From Vicugna vicugna (lineage: Eukaryota), in the NCBI GenBank assembly GCA_013265495.1, contig MU058423.1, positions 5,500,745-5,564,744 of the forward strand: a stretch of DNA of 64,000 nt, in the 5' to 3' direction. Below are positions 12,519 through 26,420 of the stretch, one piece after another. How positions within the stretch are numbered: the first letter of the stretch is position 1; each line of letters begins with the position of its first letter. The notes under the pieces are model-generated. The model was not told the origin of the DNA and made no database searches. It was given only the letters and a program-made list of their open reading frames with translations. The position numbers and the translations under genes are program-made.

Positions 12519-14639
12519 AAGCATCTTAAAATCCTAGTCCGAAATGTACCTTGGGTTAACATTCTGATGTTTAAAGTTTCAGTTTTTTATTCTAACTTTT
12601 TTTTTACTTCAACTTGTGAATGTGTTGTAACTCTCTTCAGGAACTTGCTTTTAAGCATTTCCCAATTTTATACATTTTAACTATTCTTTAAAATTCTCAA
12701 AATCTTTTCCATAATTATAACTTATTTAATCAATCCCCTTATATTAGAATTTGTTGTTGCTTTCAGTTTCTATAAATCTTGCAATAATACATATATATAA
12801 ACATAATTTGGAGACAGGTTCTCAATCATTTTCTTAGAATAATTTGTTGAAAATTGGTTGATACATTATACTAAAATGCTCTTTAAAATGTAACTTTGGT
12901 TGGTATTCCCAGCAGCACTGTGTATTCCCTTCCAAACACTGAAAATTAAACAAAAATATACCTACCCGCATGCACAAATGTTGCTACACTGTTGAAACCT
13001 ACCTTTCTATAAAGTCACTATTTAAATTTGTATACATTGCACACTAGTGATATAAACTATTTCCTTACTAAGCATCTATGCTGAAAAACTTATTATGTGA
13101 AATACTTACGCATTAAAAATCTTCACCATTATCTACTCTGTGGTTTCCAGAAATTCTCTTCCAATACATTCTTTGCCTTTGAGGATTCTGTAATTTCATT
13201 CTAACTATAATGTTTCTACTTTATGTAAACAAATATATGGTTCTATCTCCCCTTTGGCTTGACCCTTGGAATATTCTTTTCAAGTTATATTGATATTAAA
13301 TAAGTAACTAGTAAGTTCATTTATGTTTTCTGTTAATTTTATTGGTTTTGATTCTTGCAGGGCAGTTGTGACTAAATATAAAGAGTTAGAAATGTCATTC
13401 TCTCAAAGTACCTATGGGTTGAAACACTGATCAACAGTGACATTAACATAACCTCCTCTGTTGTGTAGATTCAGATATTTACAGAAATACAAAATACTTG
13501 TCAGGGAGGGGAGCACAGAGCAACTGAAGAAGTTGGTTCTAAATTATAGAATGGGAGCAACCACATTAACCTCTCTTCTCTCATCTTACTTTGCTAAAGG
13601 TAGGAATCCAGGCAAAAACATATCAGGATTTACAGACCCAGAATAGTGTTAGGAATCCAAGAGCTTGGTTAGTGTAACTAAGAATGGGTATCATTGTCTT
13701 TTCAATGTTAAAGAAGGTAGCTAAGCTAGCCAAGAACTGATTAGGCAACAGTGGATGTCTAATTCACCTTCAGTCAGTCTTGATGACGGTCCTGGCTATG
13801 TCAAGTCAGAGCTCGGCATTACATTTTAGTACAATCATCACAGTGAATAGCCTCAAAATTATAGTATTAATTGCTCTCAGATCACTGAATATTTTTGGTA
13901 CATGTAAGAGATATTCTGAGGTTATTTCTAGAAACAGTTTGAGAGAGAGATTATACGAGGAACTTTGATTCCATACTGGGTACTTTGAGACTCCAACTGA
14001 ACGCGTATCAGATAAATTCAGTATCATTCAGGTAACATATATTCAAATAATATTTAACCAGATTTAAAAAAAATTGTACTCTAAGCTAGGAATAGAGCCA
14101 GAAAAAGTAGTTCATTAAAAGTAAAGATAGAGAATTTCCAAGAAGATAAAGTTGTTTTCCAGTGGTCTGGAATACAAGCAAGGAGAGGACTGAACTTTGT
14201 TCATAGCATTTGACAGATTTTAAGCAAGATTAAGTGCGTTGTCCCAAAATATTGTGAGCATGAAACATGGTAAAAACATATTCAATGTAAATACACAGAT
14301 TTCTCATATAGAAAAAAGAAGAAAATTAAGGCTAAAGCTAGATGATAACAAGGTGAAAGAGAACCGAGGAGAGTATTCTCTCTCACTGAATGGAGCTGTT
14401 CTGATGTGGTGTAACTTTCATGATCTCATCTGTGCTTTGGTTCATCTCTAAACATTTTCTTCTATTATTCCTCTTGTCCTTGTGCCCTGGTGTCATACTA
14501 GAGGAGTAAAAAGTCAAATCCTAAATCCATCCAACTGTCTACATGTCTACATTGTTTTCATGCATAAACCAGGGATGGTGACAGTTATTGTAGAAAATGA
14601 CATGTAAAATTTAGAGAAGCGTTGTTCTAAGCAGATGCT

Positions 14640-15146
14640 TGTATTAGGATTCTCCAGAGAAACAGAACCAAAAAGGGGTGTACCTGTGTGTGTGTGTGTG
14701 TGTGTGTGTGTAGTAGACTGATAGACAGATAGATAATATAAGGAATTGGCTTACGTGATCATGAAGGCTGACAAATCCCCAAATCCACAGTTGACATGCT
14801 GGAGAACCGGGAGGGCTGATAGTGTAGTTTCAGTCTGAGAAGGCCTGAAACAGGAAAGCCAGTGGTGTGGTATCAGTCCAAAGCCCAGCAAACTCAAGAC
14901 CCAAGAAGAACATATGCTTCAAGTTGAGTCTAAAGACAAGAAAGAAAAAACCTCCAACCCAAAGGCATTCAAACCAGAGGAGCTTCCCCACACACACTGG
15001 GGGCGACAATCTGCTTCACTCAGCCCACCAATTTAAGTGTTCACCCCATCCAGAAGCACCCTCGCAAGCCCACCCAGATCCACGTTTGCCCAATTATGTG
15101 GGCACCCGTGGCCCAGCCACATTGACACATAAAATTAACCATCACA
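14640..15146 (-). mobile_element. MLT2-family LTR (3' LTR of an ERV-L), containing a (TG)n tract at 14685-14710
   Basis: Minus strand starts TGTGATGGTTAATTTTATGTGTCAA and ends TCTCTGGAGAATCCTAATACA, the MLT2 termini. Confidence 0.92.
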
Positions 15147-17020
15147 AATCTACCGCTTGTCAACTGGCACCCATGTGCATCAACATAAATCGTACTTAAT
15201 CTCCAAATGAAGACAGTGACAAGGTCATAATTCCACCCAATACGATACAACTAGTTTGTGTACAACTGAAAACACACCTCCCCAGAAGAGGAGGATAAGC
15301 CCTTGAGTGATATTTACTCTTCTTGTTCTCCTATAAATCAAATACCATGATGTAAAATTAACAACACTTAAATACTATGATATAAACTCAATATATATTT
15401 ATATTACTTCATAAGGGAATAAGAGGGAAGAAAACAAAGATATTACACACACACACACAAACAGAGTCATAACAAAATAAGAAGGAAATATTCATGGCGA
15501 TCACAGTCTTGTTTCTCTAACTGGTCACACGGTCACAGCCAGCATTTATAGCTACCTTATTGCACTACCTATTCTGCTATATTTCCTTTGTCTTCAACAT
15601 GCATCTTGGCTGGCCATGGTTCTTCAGCTGGTGGGTGATATAAACCTTCATTCCTGGAGGGTTTGGACCAGTAAAGGTCTTGCCTGGATTGGACTGCCGT
15701 AGTTTTCCATCGACCTCAATCACAGAGCATGCTAATATTAAGAGACACCCTAAGAGATGCCCTGTACCCAGACATAGTCTTCCTCACCTCCACTGTGAAG
15801 AGTGTCACCCCATTGCCCCTCAGTCTGGATCAACCATCCCAGCTAGCACAGTCACTCACTCTTTTCAATATTGATTAAGAGGCACTGGAAACCAGAGTGG
15901 TCAGGTAGCAGTCTCAACTTCCAGTCCAATGGAAACATTATTGTGTCTACTAGTAGAAGCATTACTCCTGTTGGAACTGAGATGTCTAGGCTGGCAGAAC
16001 ATGTGTTCAGGAAGCAAAATGCTAGTAGGTCACCAGGGATAACAGTGAGTGGTGCTACTCCCTTTTCCAACCTTTGATTCTGGAACCTGTGAATACTGGC
16101 TTTGGGAGAAACAGCACCATATGTTGGATGCTGATTCAAAAAATATACAGCCTTCTAGAGAACTTTGTCCCAGCCCTGCAAGGTATTGCCACCTAGCCGG
16201 TGCCCTCACTGTGTCTTCAATAGACCATTCTACCATTCTATCAAGTGAGCAGCTTTAGGATGGTGGGGAACATGGTAAGACTAGCAAATTCCATGAGCCT
16301 GGGCCCTTTGCTACACTTCCTTTGCTGTGAAATGAGTTCTCTGATCAGTAGCAATTTTCTATGGAATACCATGACAATGGATAACGTATTCTGTAAGTCC
16401 ACAGATGGTAGTTTTGGAAAAGCACTGTGTGCAGGGAAGGTAAATCTGTAAACAAAGGATATGTCAATTCCAGTAAGAACAAAACCCTGCCCCTTCCAAT
16501 GTGGAAGGGATCCAATGTAATCAATCTGCCACCAGGTGGCTGGCTGATCACCCTAAAGAACGGTGCCATACTGGAGACTCTGTTGATCTCTACTACTGGC
16601 AGCTTGGCCCTTAGCAGTGGCCAAACCCGGGTTGAGCTTGGTGAATGGAACCTCCATGTTGTTGAGCCCATGTGTAGCATCCATCTCTGCCACCATGGAC
16701 ACTTTGTTCATGAGCTCGTTGAGTGATGACAGGGATGGCTGGGGAAAGAGGCTGACTGCTCATCCTATCCACTCAGTTATGTTAATTGTCCTCTCGAGCT
16801 GACCCTTTGGTGAACATTTGCAATTATCTTCACATTTCTCACTCATTCACAGAGGTCTACTAACATTCCTCTTTCCCAAATTTCCTTGTCAACAATTTTC
16901 CAATCATGTTCCTTCCAAGTCCCTGACCATCAGTCAAGCCATTGGCCACAGGTCATGAAACAGTATGTAACTGCACATCTGATCATTTCTCCTTTCAAGC
17001 AAAGTGAACAACCAATGACA
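15147..17020 (-). mobile_element. ERV-L internal remnant (integrase and dUTPase region), disrupted
   Basis: Minus translation from 16552 gives GDQPATWWQIDYIGSLPHWKGQGFVLTGID (ERV-L integrase core); ORF 15852-16139 NQHPTYGAVSP...PLDWKLRL matches the integrase C-terminus/dUTPase; contiguous with the MLT2 LTR. Confidence 0.92.
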
Positions 17021-17349
17021 CATTTCCAACTTAAAAATGGCAAAAAACTGAAGTCTCTAAAAAGAGAACTTTAAGTAAGTAAATCATTGTAATTTTATAT
17101 AAAGGCTTATTATACAACTGAAATAGTTTTGTACATATATATTGACATTAATTTTTTTCTTTATGTACATGTAGAGAATGTAAATTGTCAATACTTTTCA
17201 TATTTAAGTGTTTCCTATCGTTTTATTAAAAATTTAATAATTATGCAACTAAAAACTCAGAAATGACACATTGTAAAATGATTATAAATCAATAAAAAAT
17301 GTTAAAAAAAACCCCTCAGAAATGTAAAAAGTAACAACAAAAGTCATTC

Positions 17350-18875
17350 CATCAACCTGACACACCCCTTCACTTCTCTCCTCTCTCCATTCTCAAATCA
17401 CATTCAAACTTCTCACATGTATTTTACATATCATTGCCTATGCCACACCTTCCAGTCACTCTAAACCCTACAGCAATCTGACCTTTACCCACAAGAAGTC
17501 TCTGAAATTTTTCTCTACATGGACACCAATAATTTCTTGCCATTAAACATTAAAATGAGAATTGTTAATTTACTCGACCATTATATCTGTTGTGAATTCC
17601 TCATCTTTAATTCTGTATTCCCTTATTTTCTAGGAAAGTATACTTACCCGATTTTCGCCCCATGTCTCTCTCCACTTCATTTCAGGTTACTTACTGAACT
17701 CTGCTTTTTCTTATTATTTGTGTTCTCCCTAATTCTGATTTCCCCTCTACTCACACTTTCTATACTTTTGTTGAGCGCCATCATTCACACTCATTATTTG
17801 CATTAATTTTTAACTGTGTATGATTCTTCCACACCTCTAACTCAGGACTTGGTCTTAAGTTTTGGATCCTGAGAGCTCTCTCTTTTTTCCAAACTGATGG
17901 CATTAGCTCCCTTCTGCCACCTTACTTTCTGCCCAAACCAGAAGTTTCTTTCAGGTTCCCAGACTGAGCAAATGTAATGGTCATTAATTCAGCTACCTGG
18001 GTGACAAACATGGCAGTAATCCTTGACTCTTCTTCCTCCCCTATAGCCCTTAACACAACAATAACAACAACAAAAAGAAAAATTTAAATTCTCTCCTCAG
18101 GTTATAGTCATGCCTCAACTAAATCACTATCTCCTTAATTCCAATCTTACACATTCCAATTGTTTATCCACCCTACCTTTTGAAAGATTTTGCTCAAACT
18201 TAATTATCTCAAGCCATCCATCATATCAGTCAAAGTCTGGGTCAGCAAAATGGAGACTAGAAATCACACTAGATAATTCAAGCAGGAAGTTGTTTAATAC
18301 TTGGAGTTGGGTATTCCAAGAACTTTTTGCAATGGCTAGAAGAGAAAAATGAGGGAAATCTTGTTCTAATCATAGGATCTTCTGTTAGCTTTTCCAGAGT
18401 TAGAGAAGTTGCAGGAGCCACAGGAAACCACACACAGTGTTAATCCCTCTATCTAATAACCCACCTGCCTTTTTCACTGAGCACACTGATAGTGGTTTTT
18501 CTAGTAAGCTCATTTCCCCATTTTTTTTTCCACTGATAGTGGTTTTTCTAGTAAGTTCATTTCCTAATTTTTTTCATATATCTTTCTCTCTGCATGAAAA
18601 CTATTTTCCCAAATATCAGTTTACATGAAATTTCTTTTAAAATATTTTTTCTGGATCTTCATTAATGGTTCTGCTGTTTCAGGCACACCTAGGAATCTGC
18701 AATCTTCCTTGCAGCACTTTCAATCATATATTGTAATTAGACTTTTCCCCTAAAGTTCTTCCCAAATGGATGGCATGTCTCTTGAAACAGGATTGTTTCT
18801 TGGCAACATTTCATGCCCAGTACCTTGTTCATATAAGGCATTCAGTTATTATTTGAGACAATGAATAAATGAATT
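17350..18875 (+). mobile_element. LINE-2, interrupted by a short LTR-like piece (about 18222-18450)
   Basis: L2-like body; ends catgcccagtacc...aggcattcagtt...tgaataaatgaat. Confidence 0.6.
18484..18575. repeat. two-copy tandem duplication, about 47-bp unit
   Basis: cactgatagtggtttttctagtaag(c/t)tcatttcc at 18484 and 18531. Confidence 0.9.
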
Positions 18876-20714
18876 AATTCTGACAATGTCTCTTTAGGCT
18901 TAATACTAAGGTCACTTTGTTTTCGGATTTTTAAAGTTAAAATAAGATTTTAGCTAAAATTTAGATGACCAATCGAAGGCAGGTATTTGTTTCTATACTA
19001 ACTCTCCTAAATACATGTCATTTTATGTCTTTGTTGTGCAACTATTTTAAAAACATCAGAGTTCATATTTATTTCTATTAAACAAAGTTCTTCTACATAC
19101 AACAATATTGCCCAGGTCTTTAAAAATAAGATTAGACTAACTTTTTTAATGTAATAAGTAGCTCTTCTACAGCCTTGATGTCATCTCAAAATTCAATAAG
19201 AAAGTATTCTAAGTCATCATTCTAGATGCTAATGCCATTATAGTTCAAAACAGGACAGGCTAGTCAGGTCCACATTCTGGGTGACCTTGCCACACTGTAT
19301 TCAAATCTTAACTTTTATTTTTAAAAATGCACTAATCATTAATCAGTCATTGGATTTATGAGACTCCATCTGCATTTACCTTCACTTCACCTATCAGCAT
19401 ACACTACACCCCTACATTTATAGATTCGGTGCCTTGTACATCTGTGTCTGTCAAAACAGCATGTATCACAGCATCCGTGGGAGGGGATTCTGTCACAAAA
19501 GTTGCATTTCAAACGGGCAGCATATTTGAATCTGTGATCATGCATGGTGGTCTGTGACCAGAATTCTGCCCCTCTTCATTTACAAGTAAAGTTGAAATAC
19601 GGATGTAACTGGAAGGTGTTTCCTGTTCTCCCCCTTTATGATTCTGCCTTAGAAGGCGACTTCTACTGACATCTCCAAACTAGAACATTTATCAGGATCG
19701 ATTATGTTCTGATCCAGGAGCTAGACTTTAGCGCACTTTTGTTATTGCTACAATTATATATAAATACACAAATTTAAAATGATCTTATGTTTTAACTACA
19801 TGTAACAATGATTGAATATACCTATTTGTGCTCTTTTAATTTTATTATTAACGTCCAAGTTCCTTGCTTTTATTCTTATCTTTGACTCTTCCTTTCACAT
19901 TATCTTTGTACTTTTTTTCCACATATTTGTATAATCTCATAATGTTCTAATTATTTTTAAACTTTTTCTTTTAAAAAGTTTCATTTTTATGTTATTAATG
20001 TTTTACTCCACTGATTTTCATCTTTCACCTTCCTTAATTATGTCATCTCTATTTTTCATTTAAAAAAAATGATCCTAACTTTTATTTTACTTTTATGTTT
20101 TCTCCTGTCTTACTGTTTTTATGGTTGCTCTCTAATATATTTTTTTAAACTTTAAAGCATACATATTTAGGCATTTTACACATAATCACTATTTAAAAAT
20201 TCTCCTTTGTCTAAATGTTTCAGCATTTTCCAGACTTTGGGAAACCATCTTCCTATTTAATACTGGAGTAAAATCTGAGTATTTTTATGTGAACTGGAAA
20301 AAATATCTAAATTCCATACTGCCAACAACAGAATCCCACAGTTCCCTAAGTATGTCACAGAAGTACTTACATGACATTCTATAAATATATATTACACTCT
20401 ACAAATCCATCTGGGTTGTTTTATCACCTAAGCACACGGACCCACACTGGACCATTGCTTCTAACTTCTTGGGCCTTTTGACGCTTTGATAACTCCAGTT
20501 TGCAGCTACTCAGTTGTGCAACTTAACTAAAGGGATCCTTCCTTTAATTCACCAAAAACAACTCGAATCAGAAATACCATTTAATAAAACTTTACTGAGA
20601 CAGTTGCTGTTGTCTTTCACAATATTATCAAAATGCACATTTATACCCATACAACTGATTGGTTTCTATGTGTAAGAAATTGATCTAAGCGATATTAAAG
20701 GTAAATTTTAGGAT

Positions 20715-22270
20715 ATCATAGTGGTTAAATAGTGAACTGTGTATCCATATTTACCTGTTTTGATATCTTGTTCTGTTAGTAACTAACTCAGTGACTATCA
20801 TTAATCATCCAGCCTCTCTGTGCCAGATTTTTTTTTATTTCAGCTTTATTGGGGTATAATTGGCAAATAAAATTGTGAGAGATTTACAGTGTACACTGTG
20901 GTGATCTGATACATGTTTTACAGCGTGAAACGATTTCCCCATCTAGTTACTTAACACAATCATCACCTTTCTCTCTCTCTCCCTCTCCCTCTCTCTCTCT
21001 CTCTCTGGGAAAGAACAGTTACATTCTACTCATTCTACTCTCTTGGCAAATCTCAATCATACAATACAGTGTTATCAATTATACTTAACCATGTTGTACA
21101 CTAGATCCTCAGACTTTATTCATAGCTGGAAGTTTGTACTCTTTAATCCTCTGCCTATTTCCCCTACTCCCCAGGCCCTGGCAACCACTTTTCTACTCTG
21201 TTTCTATGACTTTGACTTCTTTTTTCAGACTCCACACATAATACCATGCAGTACTTGTCTTTTTTTGGCTGGCTTACTTTATTTAGCATAATGCCCTCAA
21301 GGTCCATATATATTGTTGCATGTGGCATGATTCCCTTTTTTTCTTGTGGCTGAATAACATCCCATTGTCTATACAGACATGCTGTATTGTCTTTATCCAT
21401 TCATCTCTTGATGAACACAGATTGTTTCCATATACAGGCTGTTGTGAATAATGCTGTGATAAACATGGGAGAGCAGATATCTCTTTAGTATCTCCTTTTC
21501 ATTACCTTCAGATATATACCCCAAGTGGAACTGCTGGATCATGTGATAGTTCCATTTTTAATTTTTTGAAGAATCTCCATGCAGTTTACCAACTGGCTGC
21601 ACAATGTACATTCCCACCAACAGTGCACAAGGGTTCCATTTTCTCCACATCTTTTGTTATCTCTTGTCTTTTTGATGATAGCCATTCTAACAGGTATGAG
21701 GTGATATCTCATGGTAGTTTTGACTTGCGTTTGCCTGATGATTAGTGATGTTGAGCACATTTTCATGTACCTGCTGGCCATCTTTTGGTCTTCTTTGGGG
21801 AAAAAAAAAATGTCTATTCAGTTCCTCTGCCCATTTTACAATAGGATTATTTAGGTTTTTTGCTTCTGAGCTGTATGAGATCTTCACATATTTTGGATAT
21901 TAACTCTTTGTCAGATACATAATTTGCAAAAATGTTCTCCTATTCCATAGGTTGCCTTTCCATTTTCTTGATGGTTTCCTTTGCTTTGAAGAAGCTTTTT
22001 ACTTTGATATCATCCCACTTGTTTATTTTTGCTTTTGTTGCCTTTGATTTTGGTGTCAAATCCAAACAAAAATCATTGCAGAGACCTATTTCAAGGAGCT
22101 TACTGTGTTTTCTCCTAGGAATTTTATGGTTTCAGGTCATGCCAGAGTTTTCATATGCACAATACTAGCTAAAATTGACCTCTTAGACTAAGTGTGAGCT
22201 TTATATTAGTTAATACCTGCGACTCACTCTGAAGGGTACGTGACATATGGTCAGTATTGACACTGCTAGC
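20715..22270 (+). mobile_element. MIR split into two parts (about 20715-20827 and 22140-22270) by an L1
   Basis: tagtggttaa...cctctctgtgccaga | gccagagttttcatatgcacaat... MIR core continues across the L1. Confidence 0.6.
20828..22139 (-). mobile_element. 5'-truncated L1 (L1MA-like): ORF2 C-terminal region plus 3'UTR
   Basis: T-tail at left; TSD tgccaga at 20821 and 22140; ORF 21539-21781 ([32 protein letters not shown]...[10 protein letters not shown]) is the L1 ORF2 C-terminus; (CT)n at 20968-21006. Confidence 0.93.
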
Positions 22271-24132
22271 AGAGACCGTATGCTGGCACTGAATGAAAAA
22301 GTGGACAATGTCACTTTAATCTCTATCTACAAATTCTTATTTGTCATCAATTATGAATTCTAATTTTATCTCATAAAAATGTGACATAGTTTCAAACTAT
22401 ACATATTATTGAAAACCAAATATGAGAAGGAGATTTGTACTAAATAATTTGAAGCAAAAAGCTGTGGCAATGCTAGGTATATGAAAATTTAACATTCTGT
22501 AGTGTTGGATAGATAGAGATTTTTCACTGTTCATATTTTTCACAGAGATTCAAATTGTAGGAAGTATTACCTACTTGATGGGGACTGATTTTCCTGCATT
22601 GCAGAATTTACCTTACATCCAAGGTCACTGTGCATAGAATTTCTAATAGTCACTTTTTTCTGGCCTCATTATTGACAGAGTAGAGGTTAGGGCAGGGGAA
22701 GAGACAGAAACAGTTTTGTTCAATTATCTGTTTATGAAGACATTAAATCAAATGAGGAAATTAAGGAAATCAATATTGAATTCAGCTGCTCCTTGTGTAA
22801 GTTCTGTGAATCTATGTCTTTAATAATCAGTTTTAAGTTGCTTTAAAATCCAGTGTGATGATCAGATAAATATAGATATTTTTGAAGATTATTTGTATTT
22901 CTTCAAAGATGAGATGTCCATCTGTATCTGGTGTGTGCATTGCCTCTGATTTTGTAAATAATATGGTAAATAAGTCATTTAAATTATTTTAAAATTGTGA
23001 GGCTATTTACTTAAGTTGAAAGCAAGGTAAGTTTCCCTACTATCAGATTTCTCTCATGTGGTATTAGGGGATTGCAGACAGAATTAGAGCTGCTTTCAAA
23101 GATCTGTAATTAAACTCACTTTGATTTCTCCTAGGGAGATAAATTTTGAGTTCATCTCAAAGTGGATCAGAACATGAATCTGTAAGGGCACCTGCCAGGG
23201 AGAGGATGGTGTCCGGCTCAAGGAGACAACAGCGTCATCCATGGTGGACAATGCCTTGGGAGACACAGGGCTGTGATTCCCCCCTCTGCAGCCCCTAGGC
23301 GAGAGGAGGAGGCCGGGCTCCGTCAGGAACTGCTGCTCTCTAAACAGAAAAGTTCCCCTGCAGCCAAAGCAGGCAACAAGACCAATCCCAGCCTTTGTTC
23401 TGCACCTACAGCCCTTGTTAACACTCATCAGTTTAAGCTCCAGGACACCAAGGAAACTACCAGATTCGCTTTGGCATTTCCTCAGTTCACGACAGGTTAA
23501 GGTTTCAGTACTGAGGCATGATAGAAATAACTACCCTCAAATGTCCAGTCATAAACAGTCATTTGGAACCTTAAAGAGCTCTTCATTTATTCTCTCGTGG
23601 TACTTATATCAAGGCCCTGCTTTTCCTGATAGGGTCAAGCAAAACACATGACTGCCGTTGCTTACCATTTCAATATGTGTTCTTATCCACTTACTTCTCC
23701 AGGCATTGGAATTGGTCCAACATTCTAAAGATAATACTATTCTGAACCTATATATAAAAGAAGAACTTCAGTTAAAATATATCTCTTCTCTCATTCATTT
23801 ATTAAAACTAAGCATTGTTTCCATATTATGCAAGTCTTGGAGGGGAGGAAGATTTAAAAATATATTTAAGGCATGCACAGCATACACTTTAAAATGTTGG
23901 GCTTCACTGTATAGAGAGTGAACATTTACTGATGGCCCATGAGCTGTGGAATGGCTAGAAACTATGCTTTAGAAAGTTTGCCTTGTCTACAATGAGGACG
24001 TTGAAGTAAAAGAAATTGCAGCAAAGAAATAAAAAATCTCTAGGTACTAGCTCCAATTTAGTCCCTAAGCAACATGCTAGTTTTTAATCCTCTCCCTATG
24101 GAACCTATTCTTAAGATTATCAATGGACTCTT

Positions 24133-25267
24133 TTTGTTTTTTTTTTTTAATGTTTCACAACCAGGAGCTTTACATACTCTGACACAATAAGGATTTCATG
24201 GAATTTCATTAGAATATAGTTGCTCTATTTAGAAATTGTAGTTAAAACAAAATTCAGTATCATTTTTAAATACAGCAGATCTCTGCATTTGACAATATAC
24301 AACTGTAAATTCCAGCATTTAATGAAAAGTCACTATGTTTCCAAAATCAAAAATTGTGTTCCGTGACTATGAAAAAGAAATTTCAGTAAATAGAGTCAGA
24401 GCCAGAAAAAGAAAGCTGTAGTTAGGAGGCAAGGATTTTTAAGCACTTATTATAAATATGCTTAATTTTCTCAGCATGTCAAAAAACAGGCATGAACATA
24501 ATCAGAAAAAGGGGAAATGGAGTTGGTGACGATTTCTCAATTGAAAAAAAAAATAGATGCACTGAATTCCATCACACTTCAAAATGCTATTATTTAGAAA
24601 ACTGTTAACAAAATGACTAGTATTTGTATTATTTAATTCATACGTTTCAATTTTAAAAGTAGAATATGTTAATGATTGGCATCTTTAAATTTGTTTTTCC
24701 GTAACACAAATTTTGGTTTACATATATATTTGATCTTCATAAAACTCAGGAACTGTTTACTTAGCATGAGCTTAATATTTTGCTTTTTTGTATGGCATTT
24801 TCTCTGTGTACTTTTTTTTTATTGAGTTATAGTCAGTTTACAATGTTGTGTCAATTTTTGGTGTACAGCACAATTTTTCAGTTATACGTGAATATACATA
24901 TATTCATTTTCATATTCTTTTTCACTGTGAGCTACTACAAGATCTTGAATATACTTCCTTGTGCTATACAGGATAAACTTGTTTATCTAGTCTATATATA
25001 CCTGTAAGCATTTACAAATCTCAAACTCCCAGTCTGTCCCTTCCCACCTACCTCCCCCCTGGCAACCACAAGTTTGTATTCTATGTCTGTGAGTCTGTTT
25101 CTGTTTTATACTTAAGTTCATTTTTTTTTAAAGAATTCACAGATGAGTGATATCATATGGTATTTTTCTTTCTCTTTCTGGCTTACTTCACTTAGACTGA
25201 TTCTCCAGGGACATCCATTTGCTGCAAATGGCATTATGTTGTCATTTTTATGGCAGAATAGTATTCC
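24133..25267 (-). mobile_element. 5'-truncated L1 (24812-25267) plus 3'-transduced flank (about 24149-24811) plus second poly(A)
   Basis: 17-bp TSD attatca(a/g)tggactctt at 24116-24132 and 25268-25284; T-runs at about 24131-24148 and 24812-24820. Confidence 0.8.
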
Positions 25268-25396
25268 ATTATCAGTGGACTCTTAATGGCAAATTAAAGT
25301 TCCCTTCTTCAGTTTTTACTTTTTTTGATATAAGCATAGTGTTTGTTTTCCATGTGCTTTTTCCTTCTCCCAGTATTCATTTTATCATACATTTTA

Positions 25397-25722
25397 ATTT
25401 TTTTTTAATTGAAGTACAGTCAGTTACACTGTGTCAGTTTATGGTATACAGCATGTTTCTGTCATACACATACATACATATATTCTTTTTCTTTATATTT
25501 CATATTATTTTTCATTATAGGTTATTAAAAGATACTGAATATAGTTCCCTGTGCTATACAGAAGAAATTTGGTTTTTTAATCTATTTTATATATAGTAGT
25601 TAATATTTGCAAGTCTAGACTTCCAATTTATCCCTTCCTACCCCCTTTCCCCAGGTACCCATAAGTTTGTTTACTATGTCTGTGAGTCTGTTTCTGTTTT
25701 GTAGATAAGTTCACTAGTGTCT
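25397..25722 (-). mobile_element. 5'-truncated L1 3'UTR
   Basis: attgaagtacagtcagttac...atagttccctgtgctataca...tctgtgagtctgtttctg. Confidence 0.9.
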
Positions 25723-25804
25723 ACCTCTTCATTTTATAGTTCTTTATATTTTTCCTTTTTCTTCCCAGTTGTTGCACATCTTTATCAGCATTTGGTGTAT
25801 TTAT

Positions 25805-26420
25805 TTTTTTTAATTAATACACTTTATTTTTTAGAGCAGTTTTAGGTTTATAGAAAAGCTGAATGGAAACTATGGAGTTCCCATATACCATTCTCCCTCC
25901 CCCAGATTCCCATATTATTAACATCTTGCAAAACCATGATACATTTGTGACAAAACATGAGCCAATATCAATGCATCATTATTAAATAAAGTCCATAGTG
26001 TACATAAGGGTCATTCTATGTGTTGTACATTCTGCAGGTTTTGACAAATGTATACTGACACATATCCACCATTATAGCATCACACAGAGTAGTTTCAATA
26101 CCCCCCAAATCCCCTGCACTCCACCTGTTCATCCCCTCCCTCTCCACTGACTCTTGGATATCACTGATCTTTACAGATTCTATAGTTTTGCCTTTTCCAG
26201 AATGTCATGTTGTTGGAATCATACAACATTTAGACCTTTCAGATTGAATTCTTCCACTTAGTAAAATGTATTAAAAGTTCCTCCATGTCTTCTTTATGAT
26301 TCAGTTTATTTTTTAAAATCTCTAAATAATATTCCATTGTATGAATGTAGCAGTTTGTTTATCCACTGACTTATTGAAGGACATCTTGCTTCAAAGTCCT
26401 AGCAATTATGAATAAAACAG
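25805..26420 (-). mobile_element. L1MC-like 3' end
   Basis: ttttagagcagttttaggttta...aaagtccatagt...gttttgccttttccagaatgtcat. Confidence 0.85.

Noticed and set aside
13867..14031. Plus-strand exon ending cag|gtaaca
   Set aside because: Stops in all frames from the plausible acceptors and no partner exons identified
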